This document shows, one piece after another, positions 41,553 through 51,188 of a stretch of DNA of 64,000 nucleotides. The position numbers were made by a program, and so were the translations under genes. Origin of the DNA: Burkholderiales bacterium. Its GTDB lineage: Bacteria > Pseudomonadota > Gammaproteobacteria > Burkholderiales > JAEUOS01. Position 1 is the stretch's first letter. Each line of letters begins with the position of its first letter. The notes beneath the pieces are model-generated. The model did no database searches. It was not told the DNA's origin and saw nothing but the letters and a program-made list of their open reading frames with translations. Location of the stretch: the NCBI GenBank assembly GCA_040382235.1, contig JBEIFV010000001.1, forward strand, positions 383 to 64,382, written 5' to 3'.

Positions 41553-42257
41553 CTAAAGCCCCAGATAAGCCTGCCGCACCCGATCGTCGCCCAAGAGTTC
41601 CATGCCACTGCCGCTCATCACCACGCGGCCATTCTCCAGCACATAGGCGCGCTGGCTGATTTTCAGTGACACCGCGACGTTCTGCTCCACCAGCAGGATG
41701 GTCAAGCCCTTGCGGTTGAGCTCGCGGATGATGGCGAACACTTCCTGCACAATGGCCGGCGCCAGGCCCAGCGAGGGTTCGTCGAACATGATGAGGTCGG
41801 GTTGGCCCATCAGGCAGCGGCCGATCGCCAGCATCTGCTGCTCGCCACCCGAGAGCGTGCCGGCCAGTTGGTCGCGCCGCTCCTTCAGGCGCGGGAACAT
41901 GCCGAACACCTCGACCAACGCAGCCTTGCCCTTGGCACGTGCGCGCGCGGTCATGGCGCCCATCTCAAGGTTTTCCAACACCGAAAGCGAAGGGAACACC
42001 TGGCGCCCTTCCGCCACCTGGCCGATGCCAAGATTGACGATGTGATGCGGTTCGCGCGCGGTGATGTCGGCATCCAGATACGTCACGCGCCCGCTGCTGG
42101 GCTTGTGGATACCGGCGATCGCGCGGATCAGCGAGGTCTTGCCGGCGCCATTGGCGCCGACGATCGCAACGATCTGGCCGCGCGCGACCTCGAGCGAAAC
42201 ACCATCGAGCGCCTGGGCATCGCCGTAGTAAAGATCAAGCCCGGCGACCTTGAGCAT
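41553..42257 (-). CDS. livF: Branched-chain amino acid ABC transporter ATP-binding protein (LivF-type)
   Basis: Walker A GANGAGKTS, signature LSGGEQQML, Walker B IMFDEPSLGLAP. Confidence 0.88.
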   Translation of the reverse strand: MLKVAGLDLYYGDAQALDGVSLEVARGQIVAIVGANGAGKTSLIRAIAGIHKPSSGRVTYLDADITAREPHHIVNLGIGQVAEGRQVFPSLSVLENLEMGAMTARARAKGKAALVEVFGMFPRLKERRDQLAGTLSGGEQQMLAIGRCLMGQPDLIMFDEPSLGLAPAIVQEVFAIIRELNRKGLTILLVEQNVAVSLKISQRAYVLENGRVVMSGSGMELLGDDRVRQAYLGL

Positions 42258-42985
42258 CAGATGTCCGCTTCTTCACCCAGGTAGCATTCCAGCACCGCCG
42301 CATCGCGCACCACCTCCGCGGGCAGGCCGCGCGCGATGATCTCGCCGTGATGCAGCACCACGATGTGCCCGGCCAAGGCCATCACCGCGCGCATCACATG
42401 CTCGATCAGGAGGATGGTCAGGCCCTCGGCGCGGTTGAGTTCGTGGAACACCGCCACCATCTGGTCGCATTCGGTGGGCCGCAGGCCCGCCATCACCTCA
42501 TCAAGAAGCAACAGCTTGGGCCGGGTCGCCAGTGCCCGCGCGACTTCCAGGCGCTTGCGATCGGGCAAGGTCAGGCTGGAGGCGGGCATGTCGCGCTTGT
42601 GCGCAAGCCCCAGCTTTTCCAGCACGCTCGTGGCGTGCGCCCGCGCCGCGCTCACGTTCTTCGAACGCGCCAGCGCACCCACCACCACGTTGTCTTGCAC
42701 CGACAGGCCGGCGAAGGGCTTGACGATCTGGAAGGTGCGCCCGATGCCGGCCGCGCACACCTGGTCGGCGCGCAGCCCGGCGATCGGGGCGCCGTCGAAC
42801 ACGATGCTGCCGGCATCCGGCGCGTATACCCCGGCGATCAGGTTGAAGAGCGTGGTCTTGCCGGCGCCATTCGGGCCGATCAAGCCGACGATCGCGCCGC
42901 GCGGGACTGCGAAGCTGGCGTTCTGCACCGCCTTCAAGCCGCGAAACGACTTGGAGGCGCCGCTCACGGCAAGCAGGGCCGTCAT
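42257..42985 (-). CDS. livG: Branched-chain amino acid ABC transporter ATP-binding protein (LivG-type)
   Basis: Walker A GPNGAGKTT, Walker B LLLDEVMAGL. Confidence 0.88.
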   Translation of the reverse strand: MTALLAVSGASKSFRGLKAVQNASFAVPRGAIVGLIGPNGAGKTTLFNLIAGVYAPDAGSIVFDGAPIAGLRADQVCAAGIGRTFQIVKPFAGLSVQDNVVVGALARSKNVSAARAHATSVLEKLGLAHKRDMPASSLTLPDRKRLEVARALATRPKLLLLDEVMAGLRPTECDQMVAVFHELNRAEGLTILLIEHVMRAVMALAGHIVVLHHGEIIARGLPAEVVRDAAVLECYLGEEADI

Positions 42986-43953
42986 TTGGCCAGGCCCAGG
43001 CGCCGGGCTATGGTCGGCCAGATGCCGTTGGGCAGGAACATCACCACCACCAGCAGCACGATGCCGTAGAACACCTGCTTGACTCCCGGGATTTCGAGCC
43101 CGAAGGCCGCCAACAGTTCGGTGATGCCGTCGGCCAGGAGTGTGAGCACGGCGGCGCCGAGGATCGGGCCGAACAGCGTGCCGATGCCGCCGATGATCGG
43201 CCCCAGGATGATCTCGATGGAGCGGCTGATGTGGAAGATCTGCTCGGGAAACAGGTTGTTGTAATAAAAGGCGTAGAACACGCCGGCCACAGCGGTCATG
43301 GCTGAACTGATCATCACGGCCAGCATCTTCCAGCGAAAGGTGTTGATGCCCAGCGCCTGCGCGGCGTCTTCGTTTTCACGAATCGCCTGCCAGTAATAGC
43401 CGGCGCGGCTCTTCAACAACCAGGTGCACAGGCCGAGCGCACCGGCGGTGAGCCCGAGGATGGCGTAGTAATACATCGCCGGCGGCCCGCGAAAGTTGGC
43501 CAGGTCGATCTGGTCGCGCTGCGCCACCTTGAGAAACAGGCCGCCCGAGCCGCCCAGCCATTGCAGGTGGTCGAAGCCGATGCGCGTGAATTCGGCGAAG
43601 GCGATGGTCAACAGCGCGAAGTACACGCCCGAGATACCAAAGCGGAAAGCCAGAAAGCCGATCACAGCGCCCACGGCGACGCACACCGCGATGGCCAGCC
43701 AGACCCCGGCCCAGACGCCGATGCCATAGTGGAAGAAGAGGCCGGCGGCGGCATAAGCACCGACCCCGACATACAGCGAGTGCCCGAGCGACAACTGGCC
43801 TGCGAAGCCCATCATCACGTTCCAGGCCTGGCCGGTGAAGGCGAAAAAAAGGATCAGCGTGGCCACCGACAGCACATAGCTGTTGACGAACATCGGCAGC
43901 AGCACCAGCGCCACGCCAAGCAGGCCCAGCAAAAGCGCGGCGCGCCGGTTCAT
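42982..43953 (-). CDS. livM: Branched-chain amino acid ABC permease (LivM-type)
   Basis: I use the internal Met at 43953 (MNRRAALLLGLLGVALVLL), which overlaps the livH stop (ATGA). It is polytopic. Confidence 0.85.
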   Translation of the reverse strand: MNRRAALLLGLLGVALVLLPMFVNSYVLSVATLILFFAFTGQAWNVMMGFAGQLSLGHSLYVGVGAYAAAGLFFHYGIGVWAGVWLAIAVCVAVGAVIGFLAFRFGISGVYFALLTIAFAEFTRIGFDHLQWLGGSGGLFLKVAQRDQIDLANFRGPPAMYYYAILGLTAGALGLCTWLLKSRAGYYWQAIRENEDAAQALGINTFRWKMLAVMISSAMTAVAGVFYAFYYNNLFPEQIFHISRSIEIILGPIIGGIGTLFGPILGAAVLTLLADGITELLAAFGLEIPGVKQVFYGIVLLVVVMFLPNGIWPTIARRLGLAK

Positions 43954-44819
43954 GCGCGCTTTCCCAAGAGGCCCTGGGGCCGCAGCAACAGCACCAGGAT
44001 CAACAGGCCGAAGCTGAACATGCTCTTGGCCGACGGCGCGATCAAAAGACCGGCCAGCGCCTCCGATACACCGATCAGGATGCCGCCGATGAGCGCGCCG
44101 GGCATCGAGCCCAGGCCGCCCACGATCACGGTCACAAATGCCAGCAGGGTGTATGCAGGCCCGAGGCTGGGCGTCACGTCCACCAGCAGCACCATCATGC
44201 AGCCGGCCACCGCCACGCACGCCGCCCCCACCCCGAAGGTGAGCGCATACAGGTGCTTGACGTTGAGCCCCACCACCAGCGCGCCCAGATGGTTGTCGGC
44301 GCAGGCGCGAATCGCCTTGCCGGTGAGAGTCAAGCGGAAAAAGGCGAACAGCAGCCCGGCGGTCAGCAGAGCAACGCCCGCCGCATACAGGCGCGCCTTG
44401 TCGATCAGAAGCCGGCCCAGTTCAAACGATTCGAGCTGGTAGTCCACCTGGATATTGCGCGCGTCGGGCCCGAAGATCATCAGCAAACCGTTGACCATGA
44501 TGATCGCCACCGCCACCAGCAGCATGAATTGCGAATGCTCCGGGCGGGTGATGAAGGGGTTGATCAGCCCGGCCTGAAGGGCATAGCCGAAGATGAAGAA
44601 GGCCAACGCCACCGGCAGCACGGCAAGAAACGGGTCGAGCTTGAAGGCCGCGAACAGCACCACGCTGGCATACATGGCGATGGTCATCATTTCGCCGTGG
44701 GCGAAATTGACCACCCGCACCACGCCGAAGATCACCGACAGGCCGAGCGCCATCAAGCCGTACACCATGCCTGTGAGGAAGCCCGAGATCACCACATTGG
44801 CGGCCAGGTCCCAGGTCAT
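43950..44819 (-). CDS. livH: Branched-chain amino acid ABC permease (LivH-type)
   Basis: Internal Met at 44819 (MTWDLAANVVISGFLTGMVYGLMALGLSVIFGVVRVVNFAHGE), a typical LivH N-terminus. Confidence 0.85.
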   Translation of the reverse strand: MTWDLAANVVISGFLTGMVYGLMALGLSVIFGVVRVVNFAHGEMMTIAMYASVVLFAAFKLDPFLAVLPVALAFFIFGYALQAGLINPFITRPEHSQFMLLVAVAIIMVNGLLMIFGPDARNIQVDYQLESFELGRLLIDKARLYAAGVALLTAGLLFAFFRLTLTGKAIRACADNHLGALVVGLNVKHLYALTFGVGAACVAVAGCMMVLLVDVTPSLGPAYTLLAFVTVIVGGLGSMPGALIGGILIGVSEALAGLLIAPSAKSMFSFGLLILVLLLRPQGLLGKRA

Positions 44820-44928
44820 GCCAGTGCCATCGCAGGCGAACCTGCGGCGCCAGACCACAAGCGGGCCGCCACACAGCGCGGGAACAAAACAGGCCGGCAC
44901 CGCCGGCCCGCAGGGGCAAACATGCGGC

Positions 44929-46152
44929 TCAAGCCGGCTTGTAGTCAGGCCACGGGAACACCGGCTTGGTCTCGGCTGCAGCGACCGGCAGCACCACCTG
45001 CGGGCGGCCGTCCTTGTTGAGGAGGCAGGCTGAAAGGTTGCCTTCGACCTGGCCCTTGGCATTGAACTTGATCGGCCCGCCCAGGCTCACGCGATCGGTC
45101 AGGTTGGTCAGGCGCACCGCATCGGCCAGTTCCTTCGGATTGGTCGACTTGGCGCGCTTGAAGGCGTCGGCGGCGATCAGGATCGACTCGAAGGTGTAGC
45201 TCACATTGGCGCCGTGGTTGTGCAGCTTTTCCTTGGGGAATTGCCTGGCCATCTGCTTGACCACCGCGGCGCTCATGGCGGTTTTCGGGTTGTACCAGGG
45301 GTTGTTGGAGATGCAGCCCTCGGCCAGCTTGCCCAGGGACTTCTGGAACTGATCCTCGTAAATGCCGGGCGAACCCGGACTCACCAGGCCCATGATGTTC
45401 CAGCGCTGCTTGACGATTTCGCGGCGCAGGATGATGGCGTCGTTCAAGCGGCACACCAGCAGCAGGAAATCCGCCTTCGAAGCCTTGGCCTTGGACACCT
45501 CGACCGACAGATCCTTGGCCGCCGGGTCGTAGGAGATGGTGTCGACGATGCGGAACGGCAGTTGCGTCAGGCGCGGCAGGGTGGCGCCGATACCGCGATT
45601 CATCGCCTGGCCGAACGTGTCGTTGACATGCATGAAGACCGCGGTGCGCGGCGCGGTGTTGGTGGCGCGGAACAAGTCGCCGATCAAAGACAGGCCGTTG
45701 ACGGTGAGTTCGATCGCGGTCGGGAAGTTGCGGAACACGAACTTGTAGCCCTGCTCGGTGATCTGCGGTGCGGCAGCGATGTTGATGATGAAAGGCACGC
45801 CCTTTTGCTCGGCGACCTGGGCAATCGCCAGGGCCGCGCCGGAGTCGAACGGCCCCACCAGCACATGCGCCCCTTCCGCGATCAGCCGTTCGGCGCGGGT
45901 GCGCGCGGTATCGACATTGGACTCGGTATCGGCATTCATCAGCTCGATGTCGACACCCAGGAGGTCCTTGACCAGCGCCGGCGCGATATCGGCGCCGATC
46001 TGGCACGACTGGCCGATCAGGCCCTGCACGCCGGAACGCGGCAGCAGCACGCCAACCTTGAGCTTGGCCGATTGCGCGCGCGCCATGCCGAAGGGTGCAA
46101 GCGAGGTGGCGGCACCTGCGCCCACTGCGATGTTGAACTGTCTGCGATCCAT
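44929..46152 (-). CDS. LivK/type-I periplasmic binding protein of the ABC system, with twin-arginine-like signal
   Basis: Internal Met at 46152 (MDRRQFNIAVGAGAATSLAPFGMARAQS), then the KVGVLLPRSG... PBP1 fold. Confidence 0.8.
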   Translation of the reverse strand: MDRRQFNIAVGAGAATSLAPFGMARAQSAKLKVGVLLPRSGVQGLIGQSCQIGADIAPALVKDLLGVDIELMNADTESNVDTARTRAERLIAEGAHVLVGPFDSGAALAIAQVAEQKGVPFIINIAAAPQITEQGYKFVFRNFPTAIELTVNGLSLIGDLFRATNTAPRTAVFMHVNDTFGQAMNRGIGATLPRLTQLPFRIVDTISYDPAAKDLSVEVSKAKASKADFLLLVCRLNDAIILRREIVKQRWNIMGLVSPGSPGIYEDQFQKSLGKLAEGCISNNPWYNPKTAMSAAVVKQMARQFPKEKLHNHGANVSYTFESILIAADAFKRAKSTNPKELADAVRLTNLTDRVSLGGPIKFNAKGQVEGNLSACLLNKDGRPQVVLPVAAAETKPVFPWPDYKPA

Positions 46153-46381
46153 GGTCTCTCCTGGTGTGCGTTCGATCCCGATTTCATCGGGGCGCGTTTC
46201 GTCGGCGGCGCGCGCAGTGTTTATAAGCCATAGTCGATGGCCGGTCAACCGCGGCCGCATGGACCGCATGGTCGGGCTGACGCCGGCAAGCGGGCAAACG
46301 CTGCGGCAGCGAACCAGCAGCCACGCCAAGCCACCATGCAGCTGCGCGGGCGCGCCACGCCGTCGCACGCCGCGTGCAGGA

Positions 46382-46969
46382 CTACTCGCTGGCGAATTCC
46401 TTCTCGTGCATCCACGCCGCATGGCGCGGCGCACGGCGCGTGCGCGACCACTCGTCAAGCATGTCCCACTTCACGGCTTTCGCCTGGGCCAGCATCTCCG
46501 GGGTGCCGATGTCGCAAGCCAGCTCAAGGCGGTGACCGTTGCAATCGAAAAAATAGATCGACTTGAAGATCGCGTGATTGGTGGGCCCGATCACCTCGAT
46601 GCCGCCGGCCACCAACTTTTCCCTGGCGGCCAGTAGTTCCTCGTAGCTGCCGACCTTGAAGGCCAGGTGCTGCACCCAGGCGGGCGTGTTCTCGTCGCGC
46701 CCCATGGCGGGCGAATTGGGCAGCTCGAAAAACGCCAGCACATTGCCGTTGCCGGCATCCAGGAAGATGTGCATGTAGGGGTCGGGCTCGTGGGTCGAGG
46801 GCACCTGGTTTTCGGCAAAGGCCAGCATGAAATCCATGTCCAGGTACTTCTGATACCACTCCACGGTTTCCTTGGCATCGCGGCAGCGGTAAGCGACGTG
46901 GTGCACGCCTTTGGTGTGAACCACGGTCTTGCCTGCCGCATGGCTTGCGGTTTTGACCACAGCTTGCAT
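46382..46969 (-). CDS. VOC-family (glyoxalase/extradiol dioxygenase fold) protein
   Basis: Internal Met at 46969. Metal-ligand context is GVHHVAYRC ... VQHLAFKV ... IYFFDCNGHRLE. Confidence 0.7.
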   Translation of the reverse strand: MQAVVKTASHAAGKTVVHTKGVHHVAYRCRDAKETVEWYQKYLDMDFMLAFAENQVPSTHEPDPYMHIFLDAGNGNVLAFFELPNSPAMGRDENTPAWVQHLAFKVGSYEELLAAREKLVAGGIEVIGPTNHAIFKSIYFFDCNGHRLELACDIGTPEMLAQAKAVKWDMLDEWSRTRRAPRHAAWMHEKEFASE

Positions 46970-47096
46970 GACGTTCTCCTCAAGGGTTTCAATAATTCGT
47001 AACATACGTTACCATTTTGCTTGTGTCAAGAAAGCCCTTGGCTATCGCAATGCAGCAATCGACCCCACGCACCGCCCGCCCGGGCAGGAGAGCCGG

Positions 47097-47537
47097 ATGA
47101 ATTTGCAGGAATTCCTGCCGTACCGGCTGGCGGTGGTGACCGATTCGGTCAGCCGCGCGCTGGCCGCCGTCTATGCCGACCGCTTCAAGCTCACGCGCGA
47201 CCAGTGGCGGGTGATCGCGCAACTGGCGGAGGAACGCGAGCTCAAGGCCACCGAGCTTGGCGCGCGCACCTCCCTGCCCAAGATGCAGGTCAGCCGCGCA
47301 GTCGCAGGGCTCGAAAAGGATGGCCTCGTCACCCGCGCCGCCGATCCGGACGACCGGCGCAACCTGGTGGTGCGGCTCACCGCGGCCGGCCGCGCGCTCT
47401 ACCGCAGAATCGAGCCGCTTGTGCTCGAACGCGAGGCATTCCTGCTGGACGCGCTCGACTCCAATGAGCGCGCCATGCTCAAGCTTGCACTGGCACGAAT
47501 CGAAGAGCGCGCGCGGAAATTGCAGCATCCGATTTGA
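47097..47537 (+). CDS. MarR-family transcriptional regulator
   Basis: Starts MNLQEFLPYRLAVV. Winged-helix region is LTRDQWRVIAQLAEERELKATELGARTSLPKMQVSRAVAGLEKDGLVTRAADPDDRR. Divergent from the VOC gene. Confidence 0.85.
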   Translation: MNLQEFLPYRLAVVTDSVSRALAAVYADRFKLTRDQWRVIAQLAEERELKATELGARTSLPKMQVSRAVAGLEKDGLVTRAADPDDRRNLVVRLTAAGRALYRRIEPLVLEREAFLLDALDSNERAMLKLALARIEERARKLQHPI

Positions 47538-47588
47538 AAACGGCACGCAAATCTCCAAGGTAGTGCCGAGCCTGATAGCATCGATCCC

Positions 47589-47771
47589 ATGAACGTCATC
47601 AAGTCCCTCAAATCGCGCCAGGGCGTCAAGCCGCCAAAGCCCCGCAACCCGGTCATTGCTGCTCTCAAGAACAGGGCCGGCGGCACCGGCGCCGGTGCGC
47701 ATCGCAAGTCGCGCGGTGCGCAACGGCGTGCACAGCGCATGGCGGTCGCCAAGGAACTCGACGCCGGCTGA
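47589..47771 (+). CDS. Small basic hypothetical protein (60 aa)
   Basis: Sequence is MNVIKSLKSRQGVKPPKPRNPVIAALKNRAGGTGAGAHRKSRGAQRRAQRMAVAKELDAG. It sits in an otherwise empty 290-bp gap. The composition is coherent but I recognise no domain. Confidence 0.4.
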   Translation: MNVIKSLKSRQGVKPPKPRNPVIAALKNRAGGTGAGAHRKSRGAQRRAQRMAVAKELDAG

Positions 47772-47854
47772 GGCCGCGCGCGGCCGGCCGGCGCCCCTTC
47801 CGGCACTACCTGACTGGCGCACCGGCTGCGGTGCCGGGAATCACGGAGAGCACA

Positions 47855-49153
47855 ATGCCGCTGTTTTCGCAGGACCTGCTCAACCCCGGCGTGAAAAAGC
47901 GCGAGGTGTTCGGCTGGGCCATGTACGACTTCGCCAACTCCGGCTACACCACGGTGGTGCTGACGGCGGTGTTCTCGGCCTACTTCGCCGGTGTCATCGC
48001 GGACAAGGCCGAATGGGGCGCGTTCGCGTGGACGGCGGCGCTGTCGATATCGTATGCGATCGTGATGCTGACGATGCCCACTTTGGGCGCCCTGGCGGAC
48101 CTGCGTGGAGCCAAGAAGCGTTTCATGCTGATCTCCACCATCGGCTGCGTGCTGGCAACCGCTGCCCTGGCCTTGGCCGGGCCGGGGCAGGTGGCACTGG
48201 CGATGCTGCTGATCATTGTTTCCAACACCTTCTACAGCTACGGCGATTCGCTGACCGCCGCCTTCCTGCCGGAATTGGCCAGGCGCGAAGCGCTAGGCAC
48301 GGTGTCGGGCTGGGGCTGGAGCTTCGGCTATTGCGGCGGCATGCTGGCGCTCGGAATTTGCTTGGGCTATGTGCTATGGGCGCAGGCGCGGGGCTTGCCG
48401 GCCAGCCAATTCGTGCCCGTCACCATGATCGTAACCGCAGCCATCTACGGACTGGCATCGATCGCCACCTTCGCGCTGCTGACAGAACGTGCGCAGCCGC
48501 AGGAAGGCGGGAGCACCGACAACGGCTTCACCGCCTCGCTACGGCAGCTGGCGGCAACGCTGCACCAGGCGCGCCGATATCGCGATTTCATGTGGCTATT
48601 GCTGTGCGGCCTGTTCTACCAGGGCGGCGTCGCGGTGGCCATCACGCTGGCCGCGATCTATGCCGAACAGGTGATCGGCTTCAAGCCGGCCGAAACCATG
48701 GTGCTGATTTTCGTGCTCAACATCGCCGCCGCGCTGGGCGCCTTCGGCTTCGGCTTCTGGCAGGACCATATCGGCCACAAGCGCGCCCTGGCCATTACCT
48801 TGATCGGCTGGATCGCCACCTGCGTGATCGCCGCGCTCACCACCACCAAGGGCGGCTTCTGGTGGGCCGCCGCCCTCGCCGGCGCCTGCATGGGGTCGAG
48901 CCAGTCGGCCGGGCGCGCCATGGTCGGCATGTTCGCGCCGCAAAAGCAGTTGGGCGAGTTCTACGGCCTGTGGGCCTTCGCCACGCGCCTGGCCAGCATC
49001 GTGGGCCCGCTGATGTACGGCGCGATCACCTGGGCCACCGGGGGCAACCAGCGCGTCGCGATCGCCGCCACCACCGTGCTGTTCGTGGCGGGGCTGGCGG
49101 CCCTGCTGCCGATCAATGTGGCGCGCGGCCGCGTGGCGGCAGAAACCCACTGA
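47855..49153 (+). CDS. MFS transporter (UMF1/Atg22-like family)
   Basis: Starts MPLFSQDLLNPGVKKREVFGWAMYDFANSGYTTVV, a typical N-terminus. About 12 TM segments. Confidence 0.8.
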   Translation: MPLFSQDLLNPGVKKREVFGWAMYDFANSGYTTVVLTAVFSAYFAGVIADKAEWGAFAWTAALSISYAIVMLTMPTLGALADLRGAKKRFMLISTIGCVLATAALALAGPGQVALAMLLIIVSNTFYSYGDSLTAAFLPELARREALGTVSGWGWSFGYCGGMLALGICLGYVLWAQARGLPASQFVPVTMIVTAAIYGLASIATFALLTERAQPQEGGSTDNGFTASLRQLAATLHQARRYRDFMWLLLCGLFYQGGVAVAITLAAIYAEQVIGFKPAETMVLIFVLNIAAALGAFGFGFWQDHIGHKRALAITLIGWIATCVIAALTTTKGGFWWAAALAGACMGSSQSAGRAMVGMFAPQKQLGEFYGLWAFATRLASIVGPLMYGAITWATGGNQRVAIAATTVLFVAGLAALLPINVARGRVAAETH

Positions 49154-49283
49154 CGATGCATGCGGCTTCGGCTTACACTGCGCGTCGTTTGCCTGCTTCC
49201 ATCGCTGACGTTTTCCCGCGATCATCCATCGTGATTGACATCCTCATCCCAAGCTTGACCCATGCCACCAAGAGGGCACGGAC

Positions 49284-50120
49284 ATGACTTCGCTGCACGG
49301 CAAGGCGGTCGTAATCACCGGCGCCGGCTCCGGCATCGGCCGCGCGCTGGGGCTCGAATGCGCGCGGCGCGGCGCGCGCCTGCTGTTGGCGGATATTGAC
49401 GCGACAGGGCTGGCGGAGACCTGCACACAGGCACGCGCAGCCGGGGCGGACGTGGCATCACAGCAAGTCGATACCGGCAGCGAAGCGTCGATTGCCGCGC
49501 TTGCCGCCGCCGCACAGGGCCTGTTCGGTGCGGCCGACATCCTGATCAACAACGCCGGCGTCGGCCTGGTGGCGCCGGTGGCCAAGCTCGATAGCGGCGA
49601 CGCGCACTGGCTGATGAACATCAATTTCTGGGGCGTGGTGCATGGCTGCCGCGCCTTTCTGCCGCAATTGAAGAGCCGGCCGGAGAGCGTTATCGTCAAC
49701 ATCTCGAGCATTTTCGCGATGATCTCGGTGCCCACCCAAAGCATCTATAACGCCTCCAAGGCGGCGGTGCGCGCCTTCAGCGACGCGCTGCGCGAGGAAT
49801 TGCGCGAAACGCCGATACGCGTACTGTGCGTGCATCCCGGCGGCATCCGCACCAACATCGTCAACAACGCGCGCGTGTCGGATACCTCGATGCTGGGCAT
49901 GAGCGTGGAAACAATGCGCGCCAACTTTCTGCAGAAGATGGCGCCCACCAGCGCCGAAGAGGCGGCGCTTGCGATCGTCCGGGCGATCGAGAGCGGCCGC
50001 ACCCGGCTATTGATCGGCAGCGATGCGCACATGGCCGACCTGTTGTTTCGCTTATGCCCGGACAGTGCCGCGAAGTGGGTCAACCAGCGCTTGCGGCGCA
50101 TGCGCGCCAACCGCCAGTAA
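49284..50120 (+). CDS. SDR-family oxidoreductase
   Basis: Has [14 protein letters not shown], and the catalytic YNASKAAV. Confidence 0.88.
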   Translation: MTSLHGKAVVITGAGSGIGRALGLECARRGARLLLADIDATGLAETCTQARAAGADVASQQVDTGSEASIAALAAAAQGLFGAADILINNAGVGLVAPVAKLDSGDAHWLMNINFWGVVHGCRAFLPQLKSRPESVIVNISSIFAMISVPTQSIYNASKAAVRAFSDALREELRETPIRVLCVHPGGIRTNIVNNARVSDTSMLGMSVETMRANFLQKMAPTSAEEAALAIVRAIESGRTRLLIGSDAHMADLLFRLCPDSAAKWVNQRLRRMRANRQ

Positions 50121-50134
50121 TCGTGACCGACACC

Positions 50135-51169
50135 ATGATCGACCTGCGCTCCGACACCGTCACCCGGCCGTCGCCCGCCATGCGCGAGGTGATGGCGCGC
50201 GCCCCGGTGGGTGACATGCAATACGGCGACGACCCCAGTTTGAACGCCCTGGAAGAACGGGTCGCCTTCTTGCTCGGCAAGGAAGCCTCGTTATGGCTGG
50301 CCTCGGGCACCATGGCCAACCAGGTGGCCCTGCGGGTGCTGACCCGGCCCGGCGACGACGTATTGGTCGGCAGCGAAGCGCATTCGGTGTGGCACGAAGC
50401 CGGCGGCTCGGCGGCCAACGCCGGCGTGCAGTTCACCGAAATCGGCAGCGGCGGCCTGTTCACCGCGGCCGATGTCAGGCGTCACGCCAAGCCGCGCGAC
50501 CAACCGGTGCTGCCGCTGCCGGCCAGCACCCTGGTGCAGATCGAGAACACCCACAACCGTCATGGCGGCCTGGTGTTTCCCCAGGCCGATGTCGAAGCGG
50601 TGTGCGCCACGGCGCGCGAACTGCGGCTGGCCACCTATCTGGACGGCGCACGCCTGTGGAATGCATCCGCGCAATCCGGCCTGGCGCCCGCGGTGCTGGC
50701 AGCGCCCTTCGATCTGGTGATGGTGGCCTTTTCCAAGGGCCTGGGCGCACCTGCCGGCTCGATGCTGGCCGGGCCGAAAGACCTGATCAGTGCCGCGATC
50801 CGCCAGCGCCGCATGCTGGGCGGTGCCATGCGCCAGGTCGGCATGTTCGCCGCCGCCTGCGACTACGCCCTCACGCACAATGTCGCGCGCCTGGCGGAGG
50901 ATCATGCCAATGCGCACCTGATCGCCGAGCGCCTGGCCGGCTGCGCGGGCGTACGCATCGCGCTGGAACGCACGCAAACCAACATCGTGGTGTTTGAACT
51001 CGATGGCGCGCGCGTGACGGCAGCGGATCTGGTGAGCGGTGCGCGCGCACAAGGCGTGCTGATCAATGCCCTGGGGCCGGTCAAGTTGCGGCTGGTCACG
51101 CATCTGGACGTAAGTCGCGCCGATTGCGAACGCGCCTCCGACGTGCTGGCGGCATTGCTGGGCGCCTGA
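50135..51169 (+). CDS. ltaE: Low-specificity L-threonine aldolase (PLP-dependent)
   Basis: Internal Met at 50135 ([41 protein letters not shown] ... GTMANQ ... FSKGLGAP). Confidence 0.85.
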   Translation: MIDLRSDTVTRPSPAMREVMARAPVGDMQYGDDPSLNALEERVAFLLGKEASLWLASGTMANQVALRVLTRPGDDVLVGSEAHSVWHEAGGSAANAGVQFTEIGSGGLFTAADVRRHAKPRDQPVLPLPASTLVQIENTHNRHGGLVFPQADVEAVCATARELRLATYLDGARLWNASAQSGLAPAVLAAPFDLVMVAFSKGLGAPAGSMLAGPKDLISAAIRQRRMLGGAMRQVGMFAAACDYALTHNVARLAEDHANAHLIAERLAGCAGVRIALERTQTNIVVFELDGARVTAADLVSGARAQGVLINALGPVKLRLVTHLDVSRADCERASDVLAALLGA

Positions 51170-51188
51170 GCGCCGCGGCGGCGGCATC

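Noticed and set aside
47656-49287. 543-aa ORF on the plus strand, and 39687..40817 (376 aa, minus), 20367..21602 (411 aa, plus), 11787..12809 (340 aa, plus)
   Set aside because: The first is an alternative frame of the MFS gene. The others are antisense to the MFS, quinone oxidoreductase, hydrolase/Bug and thiolase genes. None has coding-like composition.
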